From Nanobdellota archaeon (GTDB lineage Archaea > Nanobdellota > Nanobdellia > SCGC-AAA011-G17 > ARS1403), in contig NZCU01000014.1 of the NCBI GenBank assembly GCA_002688395.1, positions 1-34,226 of the forward strand: DNA of 34,226 nucleotides, written 5' to 3'. The notes beneath the pieces are model-generated. The model did no database searches. It had not been told where the DNA came from and was given only the letters and a program-made list of their open reading frames with translations. Position numbers and translations under genes: made by a program. Of the stretch, positions 24,750 through 33,012 are shown one piece after another (the first letter of the stretch is position 1; every line of letters starts with the position of its first letter).

Positions 24750-25508
24750 ATGGCTTTTATACATAATATTGACCCTGCATTTTTAAGAATTGGACATTTT
24801 GAATTAAGATATTATGGGCTTGTTTGGGTTGCTGGATTTTTATTGGCTTATTATATTCTAAACAAATATAGAAAAAACGGTAAGCTGGATATTTCTGTTG
24901 AAAAATTAGAAAGTTTTATGTTGTATTTAATTTTAGGGGTGTTAATTGGAGCTAGATTATTTCATGTGTTATTTTCTGATCCTAGTTACTATTTTAGTAA
25001 TCCTTCTAGAATACTTGCTTTTTGGGAAGGGGGAGTTGCTTTTCATGGAGGTTTAGTTGGAGCTGCTCTTGTTGTTTATTATTTTGTTAAGAAAAATAAT
25101 TTAAGTTGGAAACAATTAGGAGATGCTATTGCAGTTCCTACTGTTTTAGCTTTAGCATTAGGAAGGATTGCTAACTTTATTAATGGAGAATTATGGGGCA
25201 CTATTACTAATGTTTCTTGGTGTGTTAACTTTCCTGGAGTTAGCGGATGTAGACATCCTAGTCAGTTATATGAATCTATAGCTAATTTTTTTATATTTGG
25301 AGTCTTATTTTTTTGGAATAAGAAAGAGAATAAATCTGGATTTATCTTTTGGATGTTTATATTATTAATGGGGATTACTAGATTTTTAATTAGTTTTTTA
25401 AGAGAAGATGATAAGTGGTTGGGGTTGAGTGATGGACAGTATTTTAGTTTGATAATGATAATTATTGGAGGCTATGTTTTGTTTAAACATTATTTTAAGT
25501 ATGAGTAA
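24750..25508 (+). CDS. lgt: Prolipoprotein diacylglyceryl transferase (Lgt)-like membrane protein
   Basis: YYGLVWVAGFLLAY, AFWEGGVAFHGG and the Lgt signature GRIANFINGELWG...HPSQLYE. I prefer the ATG at 24750 over the track start. Confidence 0.8.
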   Translation: MAFIHNIDPAFLRIGHFELRYYGLVWVAGFLLAYYILNKYRKNGKLDISVEKLESFMLYLILGVLIGARLFHVLFSDPSYYFSNPSRILAFWEGGVAFHGGLVGAALVVYYFVKKNNLSWKQLGDAIAVPTVLALALGRIANFINGELWGTITNVSWCVNFPGVSGCRHPSQLYESIANFFIFGVLFFWNKKENKSGFIFWMFILLMGITRFLISFLREDDKWLGLSDGQYFSLIMIIIGGYVLFKHYFKYE

Positions 25509-25586
25509 ACCTTTTTTGATTTTAAGAATTGAACCTGGATTTGTGTTTTTTTGGTTTGGATAAGTTATTAAATCCTGATAATTAGT

Positions 25587-26045
25587 TTAATTTGTTTTTA
25601 TAATTTTTTCTGCTAATTTCTTTAATTTTTCATTGTCTGCTTCTTTATAATCATGAGATGATATATATCCCTCATATTTTTCAAAATATTTGTTTATGTT
25701 TGATTTTATTGGTTTCCAGTCTTTCATTTTTGTACCATGCATTGGAAATAATTTAGCATGGACATGATCTACTCCGAATCCTTCAAAAATCATTCCTGTT
25801 CTTCCTACATCTTTTAATTTTGAGTCTAATAATTTTCCTACTTTTTTTGTTGCTAATACTAATTCTTTTAGAATTTCATCTGGGAGATCAAACGCATAAC
25901 TGGGATAGTGTTTTTTTGGAATAACAACTGAAAACCCTTCTGTATTTGGAAATATTGTTAAGAATGCTAAGTGTTTGTCATCTTCGTAAATTTTATGAGA
26001 TGGAATTTCATTATTTACTATTTTACAAAAAATACAATCATTCAT
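25587..26045 (-). CDS. HIT-family (histidine triad) nucleotide hydrolase/transferase
   Basis: CIFCKI... and the histidine triad VDHVHAKLFP. Confidence 0.8.
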   Translation of the reverse strand: MNDCIFCKIVNNEIPSHKIYEDDKHLAFLTIFPNTEGFSVVIPKKHYPSYAFDLPDEILKELVLATKKVGKLLDSKLKDVGRTGMIFEGFGVDHVHAKLFPMHGTKMKDWKPIKSNINKYFEKYEGYISSHDYKEADNEKLKKLAEKIIKTN

Positions 26046-26685
26046 TTTCTAACCATTTGGGTAAATCTTTTAATGATTTTAAAATATTGTTGTTGTTAAG
26101 ATTATGTTTTAAGAAATCTGATTTTTTATAAGATCCTGTTAATACAGCTACAAAATTTAATCCAGCTTTTTTTGCTGCTATGTAATCATGTATTGAATCT
26201 CCAACATATAATATTTCTTCTTTCTTTAATTTTAGTTTTTTAAGAGGTTTGTTAAAAACTTTTGGATTTGGTTTATGATGGTTAACATCTTCTTTTGAAT
26301 AGATAAATTTGAATAAATTTTTATTTAATTTAACATTCTTTAAATGAGGATACATTAATATTTTTGATTTAGAACTTAGTAAAGCTAGGGTGTAATTTTT
26401 ATGTAATTCTTTTATTGTATTTACAGATCCTTTAATCGCTTTGAATTTTCTTTTCTTTATTTTTTTTAATGCTATAGTTTCAAACTTTTTTTTATTTGCT
26501 TTTGGCCAGAATGCTTTTATCATATTTTTTAATGGTGTTCCGAAATACCTTGCCATAGATGCTTTTGATTTGAATTTTAAATTTAATTCTTTTGCAGTTT
26601 TTTGGTAATTGGGAAGGACATGTTTGCTAAAATCTATTATTGTGTCATCAACATCAAAAATAATTGCTTTTATTATATTTATCAC
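26038..26685 (-). CDS. HAD-superfamily phosphatase
   Basis: Motif I IIFDVDDTI and motif IV YVGDSIHDYIAAKKAG. GTG start lies 5 nt downstream of the tRNA-Ala 3' end. Confidence 0.75.
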   Translation of the reverse strand: MINIIKAIIFDVDDTIIDFSKHVLPNYQKTAKELNLKFKSKASMARYFGTPLKNMIKAFWPKANKKKFETIALKKIKKRKFKAIKGSVNTIKELHKNYTLALLSSKSKILMYPHLKNVKLNKNLFKFIYSKEDVNHHKPNPKVFNKPLKKLKLKKEEILYVGDSIHDYIAAKKAGLNFVAVLTGSYKKSDFLKHNLNNNNILKSLKDLPKWLENE

Positions 26686-26690
26686 CTCTA

Positions 26691-26761
26691 TGGACTGACT
26701 GGGAATCGAACCCAGGACCCAAGACTGCCAGCCTCGGATTTTACCACTAGACTATCAGCCC
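26691..26761 (-). tRNA. tRNA-Ala(GGC)
   Basis: Minus strand: acceptor GGGCTGA/TCAGTCC with the Ala identity pair G3-U70, anticodon loop CTGGCAG (GGC), T-arm CTGGG-TTCGATT-CCCAG, discriminator A. The D-stem is weak and the variable loop is 4 nt. Confidence 0.8.
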
Positions 26762-26766
26762 TTTGT

Positions 26767-28236
26767 TTATTTTACTTTTTTAAATTCTATTTCTTTATTT
26801 AATAATTTTGTTAGAATGTCTTTTAAATCTTTTATTTTTACTCTTATTTGTTGCATAGTTTCTCGTTCTCTTATTGTTACATCTTTGTTTTTTATTGAGT
26901 CATGGTCTACTGTAATCATAAAAGGACATCCTATTTCGTCTACACGTCTGTACATTCGGCCAATAGAACCGGTTTCATCATATGTTGTTGTAAAATTATG
27001 TCTTAAATCGTGGAAAATTTCTTTTGCTAATTTTGGAAGATTATCTTTTCTTATTAATGGGAATATTGCTATATCTATTGGGGATACTTTATATGGAAAT
27101 GTGAACAAAGTTCTTTCTTTTTCTTCTTTGTAGAAATTGTCTAATAAAGCCCATAGATTTCTGTCTACACCAAATGATAATTCTAGAACATTAGGGATGA
27201 ATTTTTTGTTGTCGATTGTTACTTCTAGCTTTGTTTTAGAACCTTTTTGATGTCCTCCTAAGTCATGTTCTCCCCTATAGTGTAAACCTGCTACTTCTTT
27301 CCAACCATTTAAAGTTTCTAAATTTAGTTCTATATCATAATGTATTTTATTGTAGAAAGCTTTTTCTTTTTCTGATAGTTTTCTGAATTTAAATTTTTCT
27401 TTAGGTATTTCTAATTCATTTAAATAAAATTGTTGTATTTTTGCCATATGATAAACATAAAATTTAGGTATTTCTAATTTTGAGTTGGCTTCTTTACATG
27501 TTACTTCTTTATCTATTTTTATTTTGTAATCTTTTATTTCATCCCAATCTTCTGCTTCATCAAATTTATCTGGGTTTATGAAAATTTGTAGTTCTGCTTG
27601 GGTAAATTCTCTTAATCTAAAAAAACCTTGTCTTGGAGATATTTCATTTCTAAATGCTTTTCCAATCACTGCTAAACCTAAAGGTAATTTTTCTCTTAAA
27701 GCTTGAAATTCTCTTTTAAAAGATAGATAAGGAGATTGGGCTGTTTCTGGACGTAAGTACATAATATCTTTTCCTGTTGAGCCAACTCTTAATTCAAACA
27801 TCATATTAAAGAATTTTACTTGATTTAATTCTGAGTTACATTCTGGGCAATGAATATCTTCTTTTTTTATTATTTTATCTAATTCTATTTCATTAAAACC
27901 GCCTACTTCTCTTCCTGTTTTACCTTCTATTATTTCGTCTGCTTTGAACCTTAAATGACATTTTTTACATTCTACCAAAGGATCTTTAAAATTTTCTAGA
28001 TGACCTGAGGATTCAAAAACTTCTTTAGATAAAATATTAACATCATCTATTTCGTAATAATTTGGAGATAGAGATAAGAAAAAAGACCTCCATAAATTTT
28101 CAAATTTTTGTTTTAGTAAAGTTCCTAGATGACCATAAGTCCAGAATCCTGATTTAACTGCGTAAATTTCTCCTGATGGGTAAAAGAAACCTCTTTTAGT
28201 TGCTATGTTTGTTATTTTTTCTGCTTTATCTGCCAT
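26767..28236 (-). CDS. glyS: Glycine--tRNA ligase (archaeal/eukaryotic alpha2 type)
   Basis: N-terminal KRGFFYPSGEIYAVKSGFWTYGHLG, class II motifs, an inserted zinc-ribbon-like CKKCH...CPEC, and a C-terminal anticodon-binding domain. Confidence 0.9.
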   Translation of the reverse strand: MADKAEKITNIATKRGFFYPSGEIYAVKSGFWTYGHLGTLLKQKFENLWRSFFLSLSPNYYEIDDVNILSKEVFESSGHLENFKDPLVECKKCHLRFKADEIIEGKTGREVGGFNEIELDKIIKKEDIHCPECNSELNQVKFFNMMFELRVGSTGKDIMYLRPETAQSPYLSFKREFQALREKLPLGLAVIGKAFRNEISPRQGFFRLREFTQAELQIFINPDKFDEAEDWDEIKDYKIKIDKEVTCKEANSKLEIPKFYVYHMAKIQQFYLNELEIPKEKFKFRKLSEKEKAFYNKIHYDIELNLETLNGWKEVAGLHYRGEHDLGGHQKGSKTKLEVTIDNKKFIPNVLELSFGVDRNLWALLDNFYKEEKERTLFTFPYKVSPIDIAIFPLIRKDNLPKLAKEIFHDLRHNFTTTYDETGSIGRMYRRVDEIGCPFMITVDHDSIKNKDVTIRERETMQQIRVKIKDLKDILTKLLNKEIEFKKVK

Positions 28237-28272
28237 GTTTATTTTAAAGAAAGGAGTGTTTATAATATTTTC

Positions 28273-28548
28273 TTATAGTTTTATATTTAATACTTTTAAA
28301 ATAAAATCTTCTATTTCTTTTAGTTTTTCTTTATTCAATGAAATTTGTAAACCATAAGATGTTGGTTTTGTTATGATTAGTCTTTCTTTGATTAATTTTT
28401 TAGCTACTTTTCCTATGCTTTTTCCTAAATGAGATGGAAAACCTTTTTTTAATGTATCAAAATGTGTATGGACATTACCTATTACTTTTTTTCTCCTTAG
28501 ATGATAGAGAATTGTTGCTCTAATCTTATCTTCTTCTGAAAATTCCAT
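28273..28548 (-). CDS. Small hypothetical protein, possibly wHTH
   Basis: 91-aa basic ORF with its own AT-rich promoter region. No firm motif. Confidence 0.4.
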   Translation of the reverse strand: MEFSEEDKIRATILYHLRRKKVIGNVHTHFDTLKKGFPSHLGKSIGKVAKKLIKERLIITKPTSYGLQISLNKEKLKEIEDFILKVLNIKL

Positions 28549-28647
28549 ATATGATGAACGATTTGAAAATATTTAAATGTTTCTAATATTGAAATATAAA
28601 AACAAAAATAGAAATATTTATAAACTAACTAAGTTACATAATTACTT

Positions 28648-28956
28648 ATGAAAAATGAAACTGTTTTTTTAGAAGTTTTTGGGAATAACCCTATAATAAA
28701 AGTGCTAGATTTTTTGATAACCTATCAACTTTTTGACTATCCTTTAACTGAAATAGCTAAAAATTCCGAAGTGAGTTATTCAACCTTACAAACTTTTTGG
28801 GATAAATTAGAAAAAAATAATATTGTTGTTAAAACTAGAAGAGTTGGTAAATCTGATTTATTTAAACTAAATATAGATAATCCTGCTGTGAAACAATTAA
28901 TCAAATTAGATTGGAATTTAATTAAAGGAAGCGAAGAAAAGATTATAATTTCTTAA
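28648..28956 (+). CDS. Small wHTH transcriptional regulator
   Basis: KVLDFLITYQLFDYPLTEIAKNSEVSYSTLQTFWDKLEKNNIVVKTRRVGKSDLFKLN fits a helix-turn-helix plus wing pattern. Confidence 0.55.
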   Translation: MKNETVFLEVFGNNPIIKVLDFLITYQLFDYPLTEIAKNSEVSYSTLQTFWDKLEKNNIVVKTRRVGKSDLFKLNIDNPAVKQLIKLDWNLIKGSEEKIIIS

Positions 28957-29458
28957 CTTCTGCTTTATCTGATAGTATGGCTGAGTTTCCACTTGGATCT
29001 TCTATAATTATTTTTAATTTTAAATCTCCTGTTTCTACTTTCCATAATTTTTTTAATAGGTTTTTTGCTTTTTTTCTTATACCAGGATCTTCTGCATTAT
29101 CTCTTTGAGATTCTATGATTTTTTTAAATCTATTTAGTAATCCTTCTATGTTTGTTAAGAAACCTATAGATGAGGGACCGGATTCCATAGCCATTCGCAT
29201 TTGTGGAATTTTAACTGTTGCTTGGGCTGATTTTATTACTCTAACATTTAAATCTTCTTTCTTTTTTATCTCAAAAGTAATTTTTGCTGGAGGTTTAGTT
29301 TCTTCAGCTTCTATGTCAGAAGTGTGATATTTACACTCATTACAAGTCATAACCATTAGATAACATTTACCAAAATGAGGGATGTTATAGTTTTGTTCTG
29401 TTAGTTCTAATGTGTTTTTTTTACATGCTGGACACTTTTGTTTTGTTAAATTTGACAT
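28943..29458 (-). CDS. ZPR1-type zinc-finger protein
   Basis: CPACKK...(N)...CNECKYH zinc ribbon, followed by the ZPR1 A/B-domain-like region. Confidence 0.7.
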   Translation of the reverse strand: MSNLTKQKCPACKKNTLELTEQNYNIPHFGKCYLMVMTCNECKYHTSDIEAEETKPPAKITFEIKKKEDLNVRVIKSAQATVKIPQMRMAMESGPSSIGFLTNIEGLLNRFKKIIESQRDNAEDPGIRKKAKNLLKKLWKVETGDLKLKIIIEDPSGNSAILSDKAEVKKL

Positions 29459-29539
29459 GATAATTTATAGAAAAAATATATTTAAAACTCTTTTGTTTTA
29501 ATAGTAAGATTTATATTATTTTATTATTTGTATATTAAT

Positions 29540-29866
29540 ATGAAAGTTTTATTTATATGTAATCAAAATGAGAACAGGAGTAAAACAGCTGAAGAATTAT
29601 TTAAAAGAGAGTATGAAACTAAATCTGCTGGGCTGTTTAATAATAATCCTGTTTCTAAAAAAGAGATTAAATGGGCTGATATAATTGTTGTGATGGAGGA
29701 TAATCAAAGAGGTGAAATAGCTAAAAGATTTCCTAATTTATATATGCAGAAGAGAATTTTATCTTTAAATGTTCCGGATGTGTATTCTTATCAAGATTCA
29801 GAATTAGTAGATATATTAGAGAAGAAAATGGTAGAAATTGTTGAACCTATTGTAGCCATTCATTAA
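29540..29866 (+). CDS. Low-molecular-weight phosphotyrosine phosphatase / ArsC-like protein
   Basis: KVLFICNQNENRSKTAEELF contains the CX5R(S) P-loop at the N-terminus. I prefer the ATG at 29540 over the TTG at 29528. Confidence 0.6.
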   Translation: MKVLFICNQNENRSKTAEELFKREYETKSAGLFNNNPVSKKEIKWADIIVVMEDNQRGEIAKRFPNLYMQKRILSLNVPDVYSYQDSELVDILEKKMVEIVEPIVAIH

Positions 29867-30010
29867 ATTGTGCTACTGCTTCTTCTTTTGAGTTGAATAT
29901 TTGTGTTTCTGCTACAGATAAATTTGGAAGCCTTCTTGCCACTTTGTATTTATCTCCTATTTTTATTATGGAAATTTCCCATTCCTTTATGGAATGTTTA
30001 ATTGTTTTCA

Positions 30011-30454
30011 TTAGAAATCTTTTGTTTCTTCGCCTATTGCTGTTTTTACATCTATTTCACTTCTATGTACTTGGGCAAATGATGGAGTTGCTACAATCCA
30101 ATCTTCTCCAAATCCTGCTATATCTCCTTCTATGGCATCGCATGTTTTTTTCAATTTGTTTACTGCTCTTTTTAATTCTACTATATCTTTGTCTTTTAAT
30201 GGCTTAATATTAACTAAAGCTATTGTGTATCCTTCTCTTAAACCATCTAAAGCAGGTTTTATATCTTGAAATTCGTTGATAATAAAAGGTTTTACAATTA
30301 TTTTTGCTTTTGATTCTGATGTGTCACTTGGGTTTATTTCCAGGTATTGGTCTTCTTCTGGAAGTTCTTCTAATTCATCATCTAGAGGTCCCATTATCTT
30401 TTCTTTAATTCTTGAAAAAGTATCTTTCATTTTTTTACAATTCTCCGATAACAA
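30011..30454 (-). CDS. sepF: Cell division protein SepF homolog
   Basis: Acidic N-terminus, then a SepF/DUF552-like core: IIVKPFIINEFQDIKPALDGLREGYTIALVNIKPL...AIEGDIAGFGEDWIVATP. Confidence 0.6.
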   Translation of the reverse strand: MLSENCKKMKDTFSRIKEKIMGPLDDELEELPEEDQYLEINPSDTSESKAKIIVKPFIINEFQDIKPALDGLREGYTIALVNIKPLKDKDIVELKRAVNKLKKTCDAIEGDIAGFGEDWIVATPSFAQVHRSEIDVKTAIGEETKDF

Positions 30455-30578
30455 TTAAAAAACAAAGATTTATATTTAAATATTTCTATTCTCTGAGCTA
30501 TGTACTGTATAAATTAGATTTTGTGTACGGTTACTACTAAAATATATATATATGAATTTGTTAGATAATACATATTAT

Positions 30579-30636
30579 AAAATATATATTGCATTCAAAC
30601 GACATACTCGCCATACCCTCGTGAGCTTTATATATG
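30579..30636 (+). promoter_or_regulatory. Conserved upstream cassette, copy E (upstream of TnpB)
   Basis: AAAATATATATTGCATTCAAACGACATACTCGCCATACCCTCGTGAGCTTTATATAT is collinear with copy A over about 58 nt. Its core is identical to copy C. Confidence 0.7.
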
Positions 30637-30655
30637 AATACATCTTATTATTTAT

Positions 30656-31707
30656 ATGGAAAAGACAATAATAGCATCTGTAATAAACTTAACAAAAAAT
30701 AAAAAAACATTGTTAGATAATGATTATAACAATTATCAATGGTGGATGTTATTTAGTATAGATAAAGGTTTATTAAGTGCATTTAAAGCAGCAAAAGGTT
30801 ACAAACAAAAAATAATCAAATATAAGGAATACCCTTTACCATTACAATCAAGATTTATTAAAGAATGGTTTAGGATTAGAGATACTAAGATAACTAAACA
30901 TTGGATTAAGATACCTAATAGTAAAAGAAAAGGTGTTGGTTTATGGCTTCCATTAAGATTCCACCAACAACTACCGGAATATTATACATTAAAAGATTCT
31001 TATTTAGTAAAAAAGAATAAAAGTACTATATTCATTTTTGTGTTAATATAAGAGAACCTAAATTGTACAAATCAAGAACCATAATAGGAATAGATTTGGG
31101 ATTAAAAAACCCAGTTACGTTAACAAATATGAAAACAAATAAAACATTATATTTAGGTAAGGAATTAAAACAAATAAGAGGAAAATATTTCTACTTAAGA
31201 AAAAAATTAGGAAAAGAAAAAAAGTTGAAACAAATAATAAAAATTAAGAACAAAGAAAAGAGAAAGATTAACACATTATTACACACAGTTTCAAAGGAAA
31301 TAATAATAAATGCTTATCAAAATAAATCAACAATAGTTATTGGGAAATTAAAGAATTTCAAGAAAAATAAAGGAAGAAAGTTTAATAGAAAAATATCATC
31401 ATTCTCTTATTATAAACTTACACAATATCTAGAATACAAAGCAAGAGAAAAAGGAATTCCATTCATTAAAGTTTCAGAGTTTAATACATCTAAAACTTGT
31501 AGTGTCTGTGGCACTATAGGGAAAAGAGATAAAAATTGGTTTAAATGTACTTGTGGATATGAAGATAATGCGGATAGAAATGCAAGTATAAATATTGCAA
31601 AACGAGGTTTAAGTCAAGAACTTAAATTAGGGGTAGTTGCTTCTACCCAGAAATCTCTCAATGAAGAGATAAGCACTAAAAGTGTGCAATCTTGTGTGAT
31701 TGCTTAA
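30656..31707 (+). mobile_element. tnpB: IS200/IS605-family TnpB (OrfB, RuvC-like nuclease), frameshifted; no TnpA present
   Basis: RuvC-I IIGIDLGLKN, zinc ribbon CSVCG...CTCG, RuvC-III NADRNASINIAKRG. The two track ORFs join if one A is restored in AATAAAAG (31016-31023), giving ...VKKNKKYYIHFCVNIRE.... Confidence 0.8.
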
Positions 31708-31740
31708 TTTGTGTGTAAAGCTTATTCTTTATAGATATTG

Positions 31741-31995
31741 TTACTGTATACTCTCTAATAAACTTACTATACTCCAAATTTGAGTCCTTACATGTTCAGG
31801 CATATTTGTTTCTTCTGAAATTTCTTCTAATTCTTGTAAAGCTTTATTTGTTTTAAATTCTGTAGTAGAGCTAGCTTCTGTTATTATAGAAATAATGTTG
31901 TCTATTTTTGATTTTATGTTTTTTGGCACACCATCATCATTAATTATCTTTTCGAATTCAGGGATAACCTCTTTACTAATTCTTTGTTCAGACAT
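31741..31995 (-). CDS. UPF0147-family small helical protein
   Basis: DDGVPKNIKSKI...EISEETNMPEHVRTQIWSIVSLLE resembles the conserved archaeal UPF0147 pattern (vPrNIR ... NmP.h.Rt.iW). Confidence 0.5.
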   Translation of the reverse strand: MSEQRISKEVIPEFEKIINDDGVPKNIKSKIDNIISIITEASSTTEFKTNKALQELEEISEETNMPEHVRTQIWSIVSLLESIQ

Positions 31996-32015
31996 CTTTA
32001 TTTTTTCCTAGAGGA

Positions 32016-32348
32016 TTATTCTTTTAAGTATTTTAATACCTCTTTTTGTAAGGAATTTGCTTTTGTTCTTAGTTTTTCTTCTTGAGATTCTATGTTTTTA
32101 ATTCTTATATCTATTACTTCTTTTTTGGATGTTAGCTCTTTTTTTAAATCTTCTGATTGAGCTTCGAACATTATTCCGTTTATTATTTTATAGGGTGATG
32201 TTTTTGTTTTTTTTAATTCTGTTAGAGCATTTTCTACTTCAATCAATTCTTGAGTAAATTTTTGTTTTTGTTGTAGTAAACTTTGAATATTTTGCTCTAG
32301 TAATTGTAGATCTGCTATGTTTTTTTCTTGTTCTTTTGAGATATTCAT
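32016..32348 (-). CDS. pfdB: Prefoldin beta subunit
   Basis: Two coiled-coil arms flank the central YKIINGIMFEAQSEDL hairpin region. It lies in the conserved rpl37ae-rpoP-pfdB neighbourhood. Confidence 0.8.
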   Translation of the reverse strand: MNISKEQEKNIADLQLLEQNIQSLLQQKQKFTQELIEVENALTELKKTKTSPYKIINGIMFEAQSEDLKKELTSKKEVIDIRIKNIESQEEKLRTKANSLQKEVLKYLKE

Positions 32349-32482
32349 TTTGATTTAAAGGAAGCTGATACTGTGTTTGCTTTGAATAAAATTTTACTTC
32401 CACAATAAGGACATCTGATGTTCTTTTTAACATACTCTTGCTTAATTACTTTATTACATTGAATGCATTTATATTGTGGCAT
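32345..32482 (-). CDS. rpoP: DNA-directed RNA polymerase subunit P (Rpo12), 45 aa; below the ORF-track size cutoff
   Basis: Manual translation gives MPQYKCIQCNKVIKQEYVKKNIRCPYCGSKILFKANTVSASFKSK, a CxxC...CPYCG zinc ribbon. Its TGA overlaps the pfdB ATG. It starts 1 nt after the rpl37ae stop. Confidence 0.8.
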   Translation of the reverse strand: MPQYKCIQCNKVIKQEYVKKNIRCPYCGSKILFKANTVSASFKSK

Positions 32483-32483
32483 T

Positions 32484-32690
32484 TTAAATTTCGTATGCTC
32501 TTCCAGCAAACTTTACATCGCATTTATTACATAACCATATCCCAGATGATACTCTTTTTACTTTTTTATAAGTGCAATGTGGGCATGTATAAGTAGCTTT
32601 TTGTTTTGCTTCTATTTTTTTTAGTTTATTTTTTGGAGTTCTACCATACCTTGTTCCAAATCTTCCTGTTGTTCCTTGTCCTTTTCCCAT
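32484..32690 (-). CDS. rpl37ae: 50S ribosomal protein L37Ae (L43e family)
   Basis: GRFGTRYGRTPKNKLKKIE...CPHC...CNKC zinc ribbon is typical of L37Ae. Confidence 0.9.
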   Translation of the reverse strand: MGKGQGTTGRFGTRYGRTPKNKLKKIEAKQKATYTCPHCTYKKVKRVSSGIWLCNKCDVKFAGRAYEI

Positions 32691-32793
32691 TTGAACCCTT
32701 TAGAAAAGCGTTCACGGAAAACAAACTTTAAGAAAGTTTGATCAAAACTATTGCTTTTCTTAGAAAAATTTGATGTTTTTGGGTTTAAAAGGT

Positions 32794-33006
32794 TTATGTT
32801 TTTAATTTTAATATTTTGAATAGCCCTTTCTCTCCCAGGATTATCTCCTGAATTTTATCTTTTAATTTTGTATTTATTAGATAACTTACTGTCGTTTTGG
32901 CTAAATTTGTTTCTCTACTAATCTGTGATACATATGTTCCTTCAGGATGTTTTTTTAGAGCTTCTAATATTTTGTTTATTTTAGTTTGATCAACTTTTCT
33001 TACCAT
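32794..33006 (-). CDS. Small wHTH regulator, divergent from a LAGLIDADG gene
   Basis: KINKILEALKKHPEGTYVSQISRETNLAKTTVSYLINTKLKDK. I prefer the start at MVRKVDQ (33006) because the longer track start would cover the shared promoter. Confidence 0.5.
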   Translation of the reverse strand: MVRKVDQTKINKILEALKKHPEGTYVSQISRETNLAKTTVSYLINTKLKDKIQEIILGEKGLFKILKLKT

Positions 33007-33012
33007 AACTGT

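Noticed and set aside
28551-28600. ATGATGA (a C-box-like sequence) in the divergent intergenic region, a possible C/D box sRNA.
   Set aside because: No CTGA D or D' boxes at appropriate spacing and no terminal stem. This is most simply AT-rich promoter DNA for the two divergent genes.
29893-30207. Track ORFs lying antisense to or overlapping well-supported genes: 3503-3769, 4862-5059, 5885-6223, 9210-9476, 9577-9882, 12382-12615, 12700-12942, 15234-15428, 17510-17743, 22131-22379, 22507-22710, 23869-24093, 24457-24642, 25946-26131, 26602-26802, 26816-27133, 29115-29327, 29893-30207, 30276-30458, 32239-32433.
   Set aside because: Each is fully or largely contained within a longer ORF on the opposite strand or in another frame that has clear family signatures. 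Their low-complexity Ser/Leu/Phe/Ile-rich translations are typical of shadow ORFs in AT-rich DNA.
31009-31015. A_AAA_AAG slippery heptamer in the zero frame of TnpB part 1, suggesting programmed -1 frameshifting as in bacterial IS elements.
   Set aside because: A -1 slip here reads GAA and then TAA (31018-31020), so it cannot join the two halves. The downstream frame only opens at 31021, consistent with a simple 1-nt deletion in the following A-run.
32723-32739. Perfect 7-bp hairpin AAACTTT-AAG-AAAGTTT between the wHTH gene and rpl37ae.
   Set aside because: It is an AT-only stem in an AT-rich spacer. It is plausibly just a transcript-end or leader structure, and I cannot distinguish function from chance here.
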